From an uncultured Rhodospirillaceae bacterium (lineage in GTDB: Bacteria > Pseudomonadota > Alphaproteobacteria > Rhodospirillales > UBA2165): 64,000 nt of DNA. Below the pieces are notes generated by a model, which had not been told where the DNA came from, did no database searches, and was given only the letters and a program-made list of their open reading frames with translations. Shown here in pieces: positions 27,547 through 37,837 of this stretch. The stretch spans positions 27,694-91,693 of the forward strand of contig CAZSXT010000014.1 of assembly GCA_964611435.1 (NCBI GenBank). The letters are read 5' to 3'. Within the stretch, counting starts at the first letter, position 1, and each line of letters opens with the position of its first letter. Position numbers and translations under genes: made by a program.

Positions 27547-29763
27547 CTATACGGCTTGAATTTCCTTCAGGAAGGTTTCCACTTGGTCGCGGAGCACATC
27601 CGCTTCCGACGACAGGGAGTTGACGGCTGTTTTCATGTCGTTTGCCGCGACGCCTGTGTCGTTGGCCCCTTGAGAGACTTCCGCGATGTTGGTGGTGACC
27701 TCCTGGGTGCCGGTGGAGGCCTGTTCCACATTGCGAGCGATCTCCTGGGTGGCCGCGCCCTGTTCCTCGACCGCAGAGGCAATGCTGCTGGCGATCTCGT
27801 TGATGTCCGTGATGGTCGTGGTGATCTCGTTGATCGCTTCCACCGAATCGTTGGTTGCCGCCTGGATGCTGGTGATCTGTGCGGCGATCTCTTCGGTGGC
27901 CTTGGCTGTCTGGCTGGCCAGATTGCCGACCTCGGAAGCCACGACGGCAAAGCCCTTGCCGGCCTCGCCGGCCCGCGCCGCCTCAATGGTGGCGTTTAGA
28001 GCCAACAAGTTGGTCTGGCTGGCGATATCGCTGATCAGTTCAACCACCTCGCCGACTTTGTCAGCCGCCGCCGCAAGCCCTTGAACCTTGTCATTGGTCT
28101 GTTCAGCCGTTTTAACGGCACGGGATGCGGTGCTTGCGGATTGGTTGACCTGCGCTGAAATATCATTGACCGAATTGGCCAGTTCTTCCGACGCGGCAGC
28201 CACTGTTTCCACATTGGCGGAGGCTTGCTCCGCCGCTGCGGCAACCGCACTTGCCTGCTGGTTGGTGGCGTCGGCCGTGGTGCTCAGCTGGGTTGAGGTG
28301 GCGCTCAGGTTGCCGACAGCGCCGCTGACGTTTTTCAAGACACTTGTGATGCCGGCGTCGAACTGAGAGGTGAGCAGGGCGATCTTTTCAGCGCGCTCGG
28401 CCTCTTCTTGGGCCTTTCGTTCCTGCTCCTCAGCCTTCTGGCGTTCGATTTCCCGCTCGGCTTCGAGGCGATCTTGCTCAGCCTTACGTTCTTGCGCTTC
28501 CCGCTCGGCTTCCATTTCAGCCTGCTTGCGGTCCATCTCTTCTTTCTCAAGACGGCGTTTCTCTTCCGCTTCGCGCTCCTCTTCCTCGCGGCGCTTTTGT
28601 TGTTCGCGCTGGATCGCGGCTTCTTCCTCGAGGCGTTTGTTCTCGATGGCGCTTTCCTTGAACACCTGCACCGCTGCGGCCATCCGGCCGATCTCGTCCC
28701 TGCGTCCCTGAGCGGGAATGTCCACTTCAAGCTGGCCGTCGGCCAGTTGGGCCATCGCCGAGGTCATCTGCGTGACGGGTGTAGAGATCACCTTGGAGAG
28801 CATGTATGCGATCAGCATACCCAGCAAGACGCCCACAATACCGGAGATCAGCATCTCCATTTCCGCAAAAGTGATTTCGGACTTGGATTGCTTCTGGATA
28901 TGGTGCTCGTGATCCAGGGCGACCTTCTGCAGGGCCTCGGAGTCCTTAATCAGCAGATTAGCCGCATCCTTCATGTGATGGTCGATCAGGTTGCGAAGCT
29001 CGCCCTCATCCTTCAGGACTTTCTCGAAGGTTGCTTGATAGGCGCCCAACAGTGAGGCAACTTCGGCGACCAGTTTCTGATCCTCCGGCGAGGTCGCCTG
29101 CGCTTTCATTGCGGCAATCGACTTGGCAAAGGCGGCGAATTCTTTCTTCACCTTATCGCCGACCGTCGTGTCTTTGTGCCCCACCAGCTCATTCGCATAG
29201 ATGCGGGCTAAAAGTGCGTGTTCCATAGCGTTGGCGGCGGAAACTGTGAACGCCATATTGCCGGCTGCGGAGGCATGCTTGAACAGAATCTCCAGGTCTT
29301 CGACGATTTTGTTGCCCGCCGGTTCAAGCTTATTACCCAACAGGTCCAGGAATTCATGTTTTAAATGATCGGCCTTGGCGAAATCGGCCACGTAAATGTC
29401 AAATTCCTTCTTCAGGTGCCGGGCCGTTTTCTGCATATCCGGATTTGCGGCGAGTTTCGGGATCACGGCATCGATCTGGGGAGCAAGTTCATTCGCCAGC
29501 TTCTGGAACGACGCGGCGTCTTCGTCTTTGCCGTTGTTGGCGAACTCTCGGGCATAGCCGGTCATTTTCAGGAATTTCGCTTCGATAACGGCGAATTCAC
29601 TGACTTCTTCAGCCGCGATCGCCATTTCATCGATTTCGTGGCCGACGGTGACAAAGCCCTTAAAGCCAAATCCAAACACCATCACCATGAGGATCAGAAC
29701 AATTCCTACCCCCCCAAACAGCTTTTGTCTGATGGAGAGGTTTTCAATGATTTGCATGTTCAT
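27547..29763 (-). CDS. Methyl-accepting chemotaxis protein with helical periplasmic sensor, HAMP and an ~85-aa E/R/K-rich insertion
   Basis: MA-domain core [37 protein letters not shown] and two TM helices. I prefer the ATG at 29763 to the TTG at 29790. Confidence 0.9.
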   Translation of the reverse strand: MNMQIIENLSIRQKLFGGVGIVLILMVMVFGFGFKGFVTVGHEIDEMAIAAEEVSEFAVIEAKFLKMTGYAREFANNGKDEDAASFQKLANELAPQIDAVIPKLAANPDMQKTARHLKKEFDIYVADFAKADHLKHEFLDLLGNKLEPAGNKIVEDLEILFKHASAAGNMAFTVSAANAMEHALLARIYANELVGHKDTTVGDKVKKEFAAFAKSIAAMKAQATSPEDQKLVAEVASLLGAYQATFEKVLKDEGELRNLIDHHMKDAANLLIKDSEALQKVALDHEHHIQKQSKSEITFAEMEMLISGIVGVLLGMLIAYMLSKVISTPVTQMTSAMAQLADGQLEVDIPAQGRRDEIGRMAAAVQVFKESAIENKRLEEEAAIQREQQKRREEEEREAEEKRRLEKEEMDRKQAEMEAEREAQERKAEQDRLEAEREIERQKAEEQERKAQEEAERAEKIALLTSQFDAGITSVLKNVSGAVGNLSATSTQLSTTADATNQQASAVAAAAEQASANVETVAAASEELANSVNDISAQVNQSASTASRAVKTAEQTNDKVQGLAAAADKVGEVVELISDIASQTNLLALNATIEAARAGEAGKGFAVVASEVGNLASQTAKATEEIAAQITSIQAATNDSVEAINEITTTITDINEIASSIASAVEEQGAATQEIARNVEQASTGTQEVTTNIAEVSQGANDTGVAANDMKTAVNSLSSEADVLRDQVETFLKEIQAV

Positions 29764-29987
29764 TTCAATGACCGCTTTCTTAGTGTTCAAAGTGCAGCTG
29801 CACTTTCGCTTAAACGTTGGTTGTTCTGCTTACATTGGGATTGCAATCGTCATTTCAACCAGGCTTCGCCCAAATATTAAATTTTTCAATTGGATGAGAA
29901 GCCGGCAAACCTCCGGATACAGACGTTGAATTGCCGGGAGATTTAAGGGAAATTGAGTCGTCTCAGCCCGCAACAAAGGTCAAGTTC

Positions 29988-31301
29988 ATGCAAATTCCCA
30001 ATGATCTCGATGCGTTCTTCATGCCGTTTTCGGCCAACCGGGCGTTCAAAAGCAGCCCCCGGCTGATCAGCGGCGCAGCCGGGATGTTTTACACAACGTC
30101 CGACGGGCGGCAGATAGTCGATGGCGCATCCGGGCTCTGGTGTGTCAACGTCGGCCATGGCCGGTCCGAAATTGCCGACGCAGTCCGGGATCAGGTGATG
30201 GGCCTGGATTTCACGCCCAGCTATCAGGTGGCCCATCCGCTAGCGTTTGAGCTGGCCAACCGTGTGCTGGAAATCATGCCAGAGGGCTACAGCAACGTAT
30301 TTTTCACTAACTCGGGCTCGGAATCGGTAGAGACAGCATTGAAAATAGCGCTCGCCTATCATCAGGCAAAGGGCGACCACCGCCGCCGCCGGCTTATCGG
30401 CCGGGTGCGGGGCTTCCATGGGGCAGGCTTTGCCGGCACCTCTGTCGGCGGGATTGCCGCCAACAAGCGCCAGTTCGCCAATTTGTTGCCCGAGGTGGAT
30501 CACCTGAACCATACCCACCGGCCCGATAAGAACGCCTTTTCCAAGGGTCAGCCCGTCTTGGGCGCCGAATTGGCCGACGAGCTGGAGAGTTTGGTGCTGC
30601 TGCATGGCGCCGACACCATCGCCGCCGTCATCGTGGAGCCCTTAGCCGGGGCAGGGGGTGTGCTGATCCCGCCCGTGGGCTATCTGGAACGGCTCCGCGA
30701 GATTTGCACCAAGCACGGCATTCTGTTGATTTTTGACGAGGTGATCACGGCGTTCGGCCGAGTTGGTGCGGCGACGGCCGCCGAAAAACTGAACATCAAA
30801 CCCGACATCATCGCGCTCGCAAAGGGGATCACCAACGGCACAGTTCCCATGGGCGCCGTGGTCATCACGCCGGAGATCTACAGCGCCTTCATGCAGGGGC
30901 CGGACGATATGATCGAATTGTTTCACGGCTACACTTATTCAGGGCACCCGGTGGCCTGCGCCGCAGCCCTGGCGACCCTTAAAATTTATGCCGAGGAAGA
31001 CCTGTTTAACCGCGCAAATAAAATGAGCGCTTATCTGGAAGAGGCCGTGCACTCTATTAAAGGGACAAAAAATGTGATCGATATCCGCAACATGGGTCTA
31101 GCCGCGGCGGTGGAGCTGGAGCCCCGTGACGGCGCACCAGGCGCCCGTGGTTTTGATGTCTTTAAGGCCTGTTTCGGCGAAAACGCGCTGTTGCGTTGTA
31201 CAGGCGACATCATAGCGGTCGCGCCGGCCACAATTGTCGAAAAAGCGCATATCGATCAGATGATTGAAACCCTGGGTAATATGATCACCGTCACAGACTG
31301 A
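29988..31301 (+). CDS. Class III (omega) aminotransferase, beta-alanine/pyruvate transaminase-like
   Basis: GLWCVNVGHGR, FDEVITAFGR and AKGITNGTVPMG (PLP-Lys) blocks. I prefer the ATG at 29988 to the TTG at 29931. Confidence 0.85.
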   Translation: MQIPNDLDAFFMPFSANRAFKSSPRLISGAAGMFYTTSDGRQIVDGASGLWCVNVGHGRSEIADAVRDQVMGLDFTPSYQVAHPLAFELANRVLEIMPEGYSNVFFTNSGSESVETALKIALAYHQAKGDHRRRRLIGRVRGFHGAGFAGTSVGGIAANKRQFANLLPEVDHLNHTHRPDKNAFSKGQPVLGAELADELESLVLLHGADTIAAVIVEPLAGAGGVLIPPVGYLERLREICTKHGILLIFDEVITAFGRVGAATAAEKLNIKPDIIALAKGITNGTVPMGAVVITPEIYSAFMQGPDDMIELFHGYTYSGHPVACAAALATLKIYAEEDLFNRANKMSAYLEEAVHSIKGTKNVIDIRNMGLAAAVELEPRDGAPGARGFDVFKACFGENALLRCTGDIIAVAPATIVEKAHIDQMIETLGNMITVTD

Positions 31302-31421
31302 TTGTATTTTTTGCAGCAAGTTACTGGAACTAAACCAGCTTTCGGATACAAAATACTTTAATATTTGAAGAGCTGACCCCATATTACGGGTGTTTCGAGA
31401 TTTTGCTGCAGGAAAATAACG

Positions 31422-32384
31422 ATGGCCGACAAAAATCTGGCTCTAAAAGAGGGTGACAGCGGTAAATTCCGCCTGGTGACGCGAAGCGATTTCGACGGCT
31501 TGGTTTGCGCCGTTTTGCTGCGGGAACTGGACGTGATCGACGACATTAAATTCGTCCACCCGAAAGACGTGCAGGATGGATTGGTGTTGTTAAGTGACGA
31601 AGACATAACCGCCAACCTGCCCTTTGACCCACGTGTGCAACGATCCTTTGACCACCACTCCAGCGAGTTGGTGCGTTTGGATGAGGTGCCCAACAATTAT
31701 GTGAACATCCCCACCGCACCGTCCGCGGCGCGTGTGATCTACGACTACTATGGCGGGCAAGATGCGTTCCCGGCCATTTCCGTTGACCTGATGGATGCGG
31801 TAGACCGGGGTGACTCTGCGCAGTTTGAAAAAGACGAAGTGCTGCATCCGAGCGGCTGGTCCATGCTCAACTTCATTATGGATTCACGGACGGGTCTGGG
31901 ACGGTTCAAGGAATTCAGGATTTCCAACTACGATCTGATGATGCAGTTGATCGAATACTGCCGCAATCACACGATTGATGAAATCCTGGCCCTGCCCGAC
32001 GTGAAGGAGCGGATTGATCTCTACAACCTCTATCATTCCAGTTTCGTGGAACAAATTCGCCGCTGCTCGACGATCCACAAGAACCTGGTTGTTCTGGATC
32101 TGACCAAGGAAGATACCATCTTCCCCGGCAATCGTTTCATGATCTATGCCCTGTATCCGGATACCAATATCTCCATTCATCGGATTTGGGGACTGGATCA
32201 GCTCAATACGGTGTTTGCCACCGGTAAATCAATTTTTAACCGTACGTCCAATACCAATATCGGTGAGCTGATGCTCAAGTACGGTGGCGGGGGACATCAT
32301 GCCGCGGGAACGTGCCAAGTCGAAAACGACAATGCGGACCGTGTGCTTAACGAATTGATCGCCCAAATCAACGCTGACGGGTAG
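31422..32384 (+). CDS. DHH-like phosphoesterase (annotated in relatives as exopolyphosphatase-related protein)
   Basis: N-terminal FRLVTRSDFDGLVCAVLLREL and FDHH motif. The function is uncertain. Confidence 0.6.
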   Translation: MADKNLALKEGDSGKFRLVTRSDFDGLVCAVLLRELDVIDDIKFVHPKDVQDGLVLLSDEDITANLPFDPRVQRSFDHHSSELVRLDEVPNNYVNIPTAPSAARVIYDYYGGQDAFPAISVDLMDAVDRGDSAQFEKDEVLHPSGWSMLNFIMDSRTGLGRFKEFRISNYDLMMQLIEYCRNHTIDEILALPDVKERIDLYNLYHSSFVEQIRRCSTIHKNLVVLDLTKEDTIFPGNRFMIYALYPDTNISIHRIWGLDQLNTVFATGKSIFNRTSNTNIGELMLKYGGGGHHAAGTCQVENDNADRVLNELIAQINADG

Positions 32385-32443
32385 ACGGCAGCAGCCGAAA
32401 TTTCGTCAAAAAGGCGATTGAAGAGCTAGGGAGAAGCCCCGCC

Positions 32444-33940
32444 GTGTTTCACAAATGGCTACCACGGCCTGTCTCAGTAGTGCTGGTCCTCTTGGCCAGT
32501 TTTGCCGTGATGTCTCATTCCCTGACTGGATGTTCCGGTGGGACCCCGATGGCGCGCGTGTTCAGCGGTTTCGATGTTTCCTTTTCGAAATCCTACGAGA
32601 ACACCCCGGAATTCCAGCAATTCCGCCAAGCCTATAACGAGATAACGTCGAACAACGGCACCCGCGCCCAGCAATTCAAACATTTTACCGATGCCTATCA
32701 TCGTATTCGCGCGGACTACGTTCATGAAACCCAGGACGGGCCGCTGATCGCGGCGGCTATCGACGGCATGAAAAAGATTGAAGCCAGGCCTGGGACCATT
32801 CCGCCGGTTCAGGCGACCGAGGCGGCGCTCGACGCCATCATGGAAACCCTGGATCCTCATTCCAGCTACCTCAATCCGCAGGAGTATCAGGATTCTAAAG
32901 TCATCACCCATGGGGAGTTCGGCGGCCTGGGGATTGAGGTCAATATGGACAAGGATCGCAAGGTGATCCGCGTGATCTCGCCGATTTCAGACACGCCGGC
33001 CTACCGGGCGGGTCTGAAGGCTGGTGATCTGATCACCCATGTGGACGGCGACCCGATCCTGGGCATGGCCTTCCTGGATGCGGTGCGGCGGCTGCGTGGC
33101 CGGCCGCGCACGGACGTCCGACTGACAATTGAACGGGACGGGCAGCCGCGGCCGTTTCTGGTGACCATCACCCGCGACATTATTCATATCCAGCCGGTCA
33201 AGTGGGCGACCGAAGGCAATATCGGCATTGTACGGGTAACCCATTTCATCAGCTCGTCCTCCGAGGCGCTGGAAGACGCCGTGAACGCCATCCGGCAAAA
33301 ACTGGCAGGCAGGGTAGACGGTATCGTGCTTGATCTGCGGAATAATCCGGGCGGCCTGTTGCGTCAGTCCGTCGCCGTGTCGGATGCTTTCCTGCAACGG
33401 GGTGAGATCGTTTCCGTCCGTGACCGCGGTGGCCAATCAAACGGCTATGAGGCCGACCGGGGTGATCTGGCCAACGGTTTGCCTTTGGTCGTGCTGATCA
33501 ACCGGGGCTCTGCCTCTGCCTCTGAAATTGTTGCTGGCGCGCTGCAGGATCATCAACGGGCCATTGTCATGGGTTCCCGGTCTTTCGGGAAGGGCTCGGT
33601 GCAGACCATTTCGCCGCTCAATTGGGACGGCGCGCTTCGCCTGACCACTGCGCTTTACTATTTGCCGTCCGGCCGAACTATTCAGGGTCAAGGCGTCGAT
33701 CCCGATATTCGTATCCGGTCAAAGGAAGATCCCGACGGCCGGCGGGAATCAGACTTGCCCCACGCCATTACCGGCAGCGGCAAAGCGGATCAGCGGGTGC
33801 ACCACAGCCTGGACGAGGGCAATTGTCCGGCCGCTGGCCCCGAACGCAAGGACAAGACCTTGGGCTGCGCCGTGATGCTGTTGCAGTCGCGTTCCAAGGC
33901 GGAATTTCTGGCCCGGATGGGCGCGCAGCGGAGTTTGTAG
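32444..33940 (+). CDS. S41 C-terminal processing peptidase, probable lipoprotein
   Basis: PDZ region (FGGLGIEV...GLKAGDLITHVDG) and catalytic block NRGSASASEIVAGALQDHQRAIVMGSRSFGKGSVQ. Lipobox LTGC. GTG start. Confidence 0.9.
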   Translation: MFHKWLPRPVSVVLVLLASFAVMSHSLTGCSGGTPMARVFSGFDVSFSKSYENTPEFQQFRQAYNEITSNNGTRAQQFKHFTDAYHRIRADYVHETQDGPLIAAAIDGMKKIEARPGTIPPVQATEAALDAIMETLDPHSSYLNPQEYQDSKVITHGEFGGLGIEVNMDKDRKVIRVISPISDTPAYRAGLKAGDLITHVDGDPILGMAFLDAVRRLRGRPRTDVRLTIERDGQPRPFLVTITRDIIHIQPVKWATEGNIGIVRVTHFISSSSEALEDAVNAIRQKLAGRVDGIVLDLRNNPGGLLRQSVAVSDAFLQRGEIVSVRDRGGQSNGYEADRGDLANGLPLVVLINRGSASASEIVAGALQDHQRAIVMGSRSFGKGSVQTISPLNWDGALRLTTALYYLPSGRTIQGQGVDPDIRIRSKEDPDGRRESDLPHAITGSGKADQRVHHSLDEGNCPAAGPERKDKTLGCAVMLLQSRSKAEFLARMGAQRSL

Positions 33941-33989
33941 CCCTATAACGGTGAAGTCTTGCGGCGCGCCATTCAACGGTTAAAGTAGC

Positions 33990-34027
33990 AAGGTCTTTCC
34001 GTTTCCCGGAAAGGCCTTCTTTTTTTG
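33990..34027 (+). terminator. Rho-independent terminator after the S41 peptidase gene
   Basis: AAGGTCTTTCCG-TTTCC-CGGAAAGGCCTT (12-bp stem with 1 mismatch) followed by CTTTTTTTT. Confidence 0.8.
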
Positions 34028-34043
34028 GCATGGGAGAGCGTTC

Positions 34044-35684
34044 ATGACGACGATGAGCGGCGCCGAGGCGCTGGTGCAGTCGATCAAGAGCTATGGCGTG
34101 GACACCATCTTTGCGCTGCCGGGCGCGCAGTTGGACCCCCTGTTCGACGTGCTGTACCGGGAACAAGACTCCATCCGCGTCATTCATACCCGTCATGAAC
34201 AAGGCACCGCCTATATGGCGTTCGGCTATGCCCAGTCCACGGGCCGGGTGGGCGTGAACCTGGTGGTGCCGGGGCCTGGTGTGCTGAATGCCGCCTCCGG
34301 GCTTTGCACGGCTCATGCCTGCGGCGCGCCGGTCCTATGTCTGGCGGGACAAATTCCGTCCAAATATATCGGCCAGGGCATCGGCCAGCTTCACGAACTG
34401 GCGGATCAGCCGGGCGCGCTGGCTTCGGTTACCAAATGGCGGGGGCGGGCGGAAAGTGCGGCGGATGCGCCGGCCAAGGTGCGGGAAGCCTTTGTACAGT
34501 TGAACAGCGGCCGCAAACAGCCGGTATTGCTGGAAATGGCGCCAGACATCATGGCTCGGCCCGGCGAGGTGGAACTGCTGAACCCGGTAGAAGATTTCCA
34601 GGAATACGATCCGGAACCCGACGAGGATCTGGTCGAACAGGCCGCGGCGCTTTTGGGTAATGCGGAAAACCCCGGCATCTTTATCGGTGGCGGCATCTAT
34701 GGCGCGGAAGAGGCATTGCTGGCGCTCGCCGAAGACTTGCAGGCGCCGGTCTATACCTCGCCCCACGGGCATGGAGCGATCGATTCACGCCATTATCTGG
34801 CCCAGAACCTTATGTGCGCCAAAGACATTTGGGACACGATCGATGTCGTGCTAGCGGTGGGCACTCGCTATCAGTCGCCCGGCAGCTGGCCCAAGATCGA
34901 TGGACAAAAACTGATCCGCATTGATATCGATCCCAAGCAGTCTTTGAATGTGGCCACGCCGGATATCCACATCGTCTCCACGGCGGAGAAGACGTTGACC
35001 CAGATCGTCAATCGGTTGCAGCGGCACAACCAAAGCCGGGATAACCGGGAAGAAGAACTGGCCGCGCACAAGTCCAAAATCATGTCCGATTTTGCGACGC
35101 TGGATCCCCAGCATTCCTACGCCATGGTCGTCCGCGAGGAACTAGCGGAGGACGGCATCGCCTGCTTTGACGTGACCCAAATTGGGTTCTACGCCTGGTT
35201 CGGCTTTCCGGTCTATGCGCCGCGCACCATGATTCAGTCCGGCTATCAGGGCACACTCGGGTATGTCTTCCCGACGGCATTGGGCGCAAAGGTCGCCAAC
35301 CCGGACAAGCAGGTGGTCGCAGTCACCGGCGATGGCGGCTTTATGTTCAATGTGCAAGAGCTGGCCACCGCAGCGCAGCACAACATCAACACCGTGACCG
35401 TCGTTTTCAATGACGGCGCGTTCGGCAACGTGAAGCGGAACCAGAAAGAGACCTTCGACGGCCGTTACATCGCATCAGAACTCAAAAATCCGGATTTCGT
35501 CAAATTGGCCGAGGCCTTTGGGGTCATGGGGTTGCGCACTGACTCCCCTGAAGGATTGCGAGGTGCGCTGCGCGAAGCCTTCAAAGCAGATGGTCCGGTC
35601 CTGATTGAGGTACAGGTGGGCGAAATGCCGTCTGCCTGGCCGTTCATGCCCTTGGTGCGGGCCAAGGATCAAACCAACGAGTAG
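34044..35684 (+). CDS. Thiamine-pyrophosphate enzyme (acetolactate-synthase-large-subunit-like)
   Basis: N-terminal TPP-pyrimidine domain (GAEALVQSIKSYGVDTIFALPG) and C-terminal GDGGFMFNVQELATA TPP motif. Confidence 0.85.
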   Translation: MTTMSGAEALVQSIKSYGVDTIFALPGAQLDPLFDVLYREQDSIRVIHTRHEQGTAYMAFGYAQSTGRVGVNLVVPGPGVLNAASGLCTAHACGAPVLCLAGQIPSKYIGQGIGQLHELADQPGALASVTKWRGRAESAADAPAKVREAFVQLNSGRKQPVLLEMAPDIMARPGEVELLNPVEDFQEYDPEPDEDLVEQAAALLGNAENPGIFIGGGIYGAEEALLALAEDLQAPVYTSPHGHGAIDSRHYLAQNLMCAKDIWDTIDVVLAVGTRYQSPGSWPKIDGQKLIRIDIDPKQSLNVATPDIHIVSTAEKTLTQIVNRLQRHNQSRDNREEELAAHKSKIMSDFATLDPQHSYAMVVREELAEDGIACFDVTQIGFYAWFGFPVYAPRTMIQSGYQGTLGYVFPTALGAKVANPDKQVVAVTGDGGFMFNVQELATAAQHNINTVTVVFNDGAFGNVKRNQKETFDGRYIASELKNPDFVKLAEAFGVMGLRTDSPEGLRGALREAFKADGPVLIEVQVGEMPSAWPFMPLVRAKDQTNE

Positions 35685-35711
35685 TGGTCTGTATAGGGCC
35701 GGGGGTCGGCG

Positions 35712-36644
35712 ATGACGGCGCTGGAAAAGGCCGGCGCCATGATCGACGCGATTCCGTCCAACGTCCGGGGCATGTTCATGATGACCCTGGCGGCGGGCAT
35801 CGCCGCGTCCATGCATGCGGTGGTGCGCCATACTGCAGAGACGGATATGCATCCGTTCGAGATATTCTTTTTCCGCCAGTTGATCGCCATCGCGCTACTG
35901 TTGCCGGTATTTATGAAGATCGGCATGGACGAGCTGAAGACCGAACGGCCCTATACCCACATAGCCCGGGGCGCGTTCCAGACCGTGGGCGGCATGACAT
36001 GGTTTTGGGCGCTGAGCATCCTGCCGCTGGCAAAAGTCACCGCGTTGAACCTGTCGACCGCCCTGTTCGCCGTTCTGGGCGCGATTTTATTCCTGGGCGA
36101 AAAGCCGGATAGTAAGCGGACGTTTGCTCTCTTGTTCGGCTTTGCTGGTGTGTTGGTTGTCGTCCGTCCGGGTGTTGAGATTATCAGTCTCGGGGTTGTC
36201 CTGGTGTTGGCGTCGCGGGTCTTTTCGGCGACCGGCAAGGTGATCGCCAAAAGCCTGGCGGGCACGGAGCGGACGCCGACGATTGTGCTCTATACGGCGT
36301 GCACTATCGCGGTTTTGTCCTTCATCCCGTCGCTTTTTGTCTGGGTGTGGCCGACTTGGGAACAAATGGCGTTGATTGGCTTGATCGGCCTTCTGGGCGC
36401 GCTGGTGCAGCTTTGCATCATTCGAGCCTACAAGTTGGGCGATGTCGGCGCGGTGGAGCCGTTTAGCTTTTTCCGGCTGGTGTTCGCCTCGCTTTGGGGA
36501 TTTGTGTTCTTTGCCGAGATACCGTCGATTTGGATTTGGGTGGGCGGCACCATGATCGTGTTCGCCGGCAGCTATTTGGCTAAAAGTGAAAACGACGCGG
36601 GGCGGAAGGCGCAAAAACAGCAGGCGGCCGCCACGCCCGACTAA
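35712..36644 (+). CDS. DMT-superfamily (EamA) transporter
   Basis: 10 TM segments arranged as two EamA-like halves. Confidence 0.85.
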   Translation: MTALEKAGAMIDAIPSNVRGMFMMTLAAGIAASMHAVVRHTAETDMHPFEIFFFRQLIAIALLLPVFMKIGMDELKTERPYTHIARGAFQTVGGMTWFWALSILPLAKVTALNLSTALFAVLGAILFLGEKPDSKRTFALLFGFAGVLVVVRPGVEIISLGVVLVLASRVFSATGKVIAKSLAGTERTPTIVLYTACTIAVLSFIPSLFVWVWPTWEQMALIGLIGLLGALVQLCIIRAYKLGDVGAVEPFSFFRLVFASLWGFVFFAEIPSIWIWVGGTMIVFAGSYLAKSENDAGRKAQKQQAAATPD

Positions 36645-36727
36645 CCGCCCGACTAACCGTTTGAAGCGCCGGGCCTAATCTGGCAAAACCCCGCCAAATT
36701 TCGAAACATGTTTTAAGGAGATATCCG

Positions 36728-37585
36728 ATGAGACTGATGAGCTATCGGAAAGATGGTGTGGATGGTGTTGGCGTGATGGTGGACGACAAAAGCTTTGTGG
36801 CCTTGTCCTCTGCTGCGCCCGATCTGCCCGCGACCATGATGGGCCTGTTGAACACCGACGGCGGTATCGAGAAAGCCCGCGCGGCCACGGACGGCAAGGA
36901 CGCCGACGATTCCCTCGACAATGTGCAGCTTCTGCCGCTGATCCCCGACACGCCGGTGATCTGGTGTGCAGGGGTGAACTATCTGGACCACGCGGAGGAA
37001 ACCGGCCGGGGCACCCAGGCCGAGCCGATGCTGTTCATCCGCACCAATCATGGCCTGATTGCCGATGGTGACCCGCTCATTAAACCGAATATTTCCGACA
37101 TGCTGGATTTCGAAGGCGAGATGGCGGTGATCATCGGCAAAGGCGGACGCCATATCTCGCAAGCCGATGCCTTCGATCATATCGCCGGGTATTCCATCTT
37201 CAATGACGGTACGGTCCGTGATTGGCAGCGCCACACTATTCAGTTCTGCCCCGGTAAAAACTTCGAAGGCACCGGCCCGTTCGGCCCCTGGATGGTCACC
37301 CCCGACGAATGGGGCGATCCCTACGGCCACACGCTTGTGACCCGGCTGAATGGACAAGTGATGCAGGATACCAGCATCGGTAAAATGGATCATAAGATCG
37401 AAAAACTGATCGAGTATATCTCGACCGTGCATACGCTGCGGCCGGGCGATGCGATCAGCACCGGCACCCCCGGCGGCGTCGGTTCCCGGCGCGAGCCGCC
37501 CGTCTGGATGAAGGACGGCGACACGATCGAGGTCGAGGTCTCCGGCATCGGTGTGCTGCGGAATCCGATTAAGAACGAGGGGTAG
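36728..37585 (+). CDS. Fumarylacetoacetate hydrolase (FAH) family protein
   Basis: FEGEMAVIIGK, GYSIFNDGTVRDWQ and TGTPGGVG motifs. Confidence 0.9.
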   Translation: MRLMSYRKDGVDGVGVMVDDKSFVALSSAAPDLPATMMGLLNTDGGIEKARAATDGKDADDSLDNVQLLPLIPDTPVIWCAGVNYLDHAEETGRGTQAEPMLFIRTNHGLIADGDPLIKPNISDMLDFEGEMAVIIGKGGRHISQADAFDHIAGYSIFNDGTVRDWQRHTIQFCPGKNFEGTGPFGPWMVTPDEWGDPYGHTLVTRLNGQVMQDTSIGKMDHKIEKLIEYISTVHTLRPGDAISTGTPGGVGSRREPPVWMKDGDTIEVEVSGIGVLRNPIKNEG

Positions 37586-37616
37586 TTTTCCCTTCCTTTA
37601 ACTCCTATGCGTCATG

Positions 37617-37656
37617 CCCGAGTTGGGACCAATGAAAATTGGGACCAAGTCTCGGG
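37617..37656. repeat. Imperfect palindromic hairpin, copy 1 (CCCGAG-TTGG...CCAA-GT-CTCGGG) with internal direct repeat TTGGGACCAA x2
   Basis: Read directly from the FAH-selA intergenic region. It shares the arm design of copy 2. Confidence 0.5.
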
Positions 37657-37680
37657 TACCCAAATCAACTATCCATTGGA

Positions 37681-37711
37681 CCCCCGAGAATTGGCTGCGC
37701 CAACTCGGGGG
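37681..37711. repeat. Palindromic hairpin, copy 2 (CCCCCGAG-AA-TTGG-CTGCG-CCAA-CTCGGGGG)
   Basis: Stem of 8+4 bp with a 5-nt loop. No U-run follows. Confidence 0.6.
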
Positions 37712-37810
37712 CGACGCAGAAAATAAACAGACGAAACCCACCACCTTGTGATCTTAGGTACCGGTAAGCCGCCTTGACGGGACTCCGGCAGGCGTCTAGC
37801 GTTCGGGCGC

Positions 37811-37837
37811 GGGTGTGGGTTGAAGCGCACCCTTTTT
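37811..37837 (+). terminator. Terminator-like hairpin plus T5, 27 nt upstream of the selA ATG (terminator of an upstream transcript, or attenuator)
   Basis: GGGTGTG-GGTTGAAG-CGCACCC (7-bp stem including one G-U pair) followed by TTTTT. Confidence 0.6.

Noticed and set aside
28335-29055. Three overlapping ORFs (131, 113 and 215 aa) within the MCP gene
   Set aside because: They are generated by the repetitive GAG/GAA/CGC/AAG codons of the E/R/K-rich insert. The products are poly-Ser/Arg/Ala or poly-Leu/Phe low-complexity sequence.
31312-31415. 8-bp inverted repeat TGCAGCAA ... TTGCTGCA about 80 nt apart, upstream of the DHH-like gene
   Set aside because: The arms are short and widely spaced, and nothing else supports them. 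This is compatible with chance, so I did not call it an operator or RNA structure.
37607-37726. 39-codon plus-strand ORF (MRHARVGTNENWDQVSGTQINYPLDPRELAAPTRGRRRK) spanning both intergenic palindromes
   Set aside because: It has no Shine-Dalgarno sequence and its codon usage is unlike the neighbouring genes. The reading frame runs through palindromic DNA that better explains the sequence conservation.
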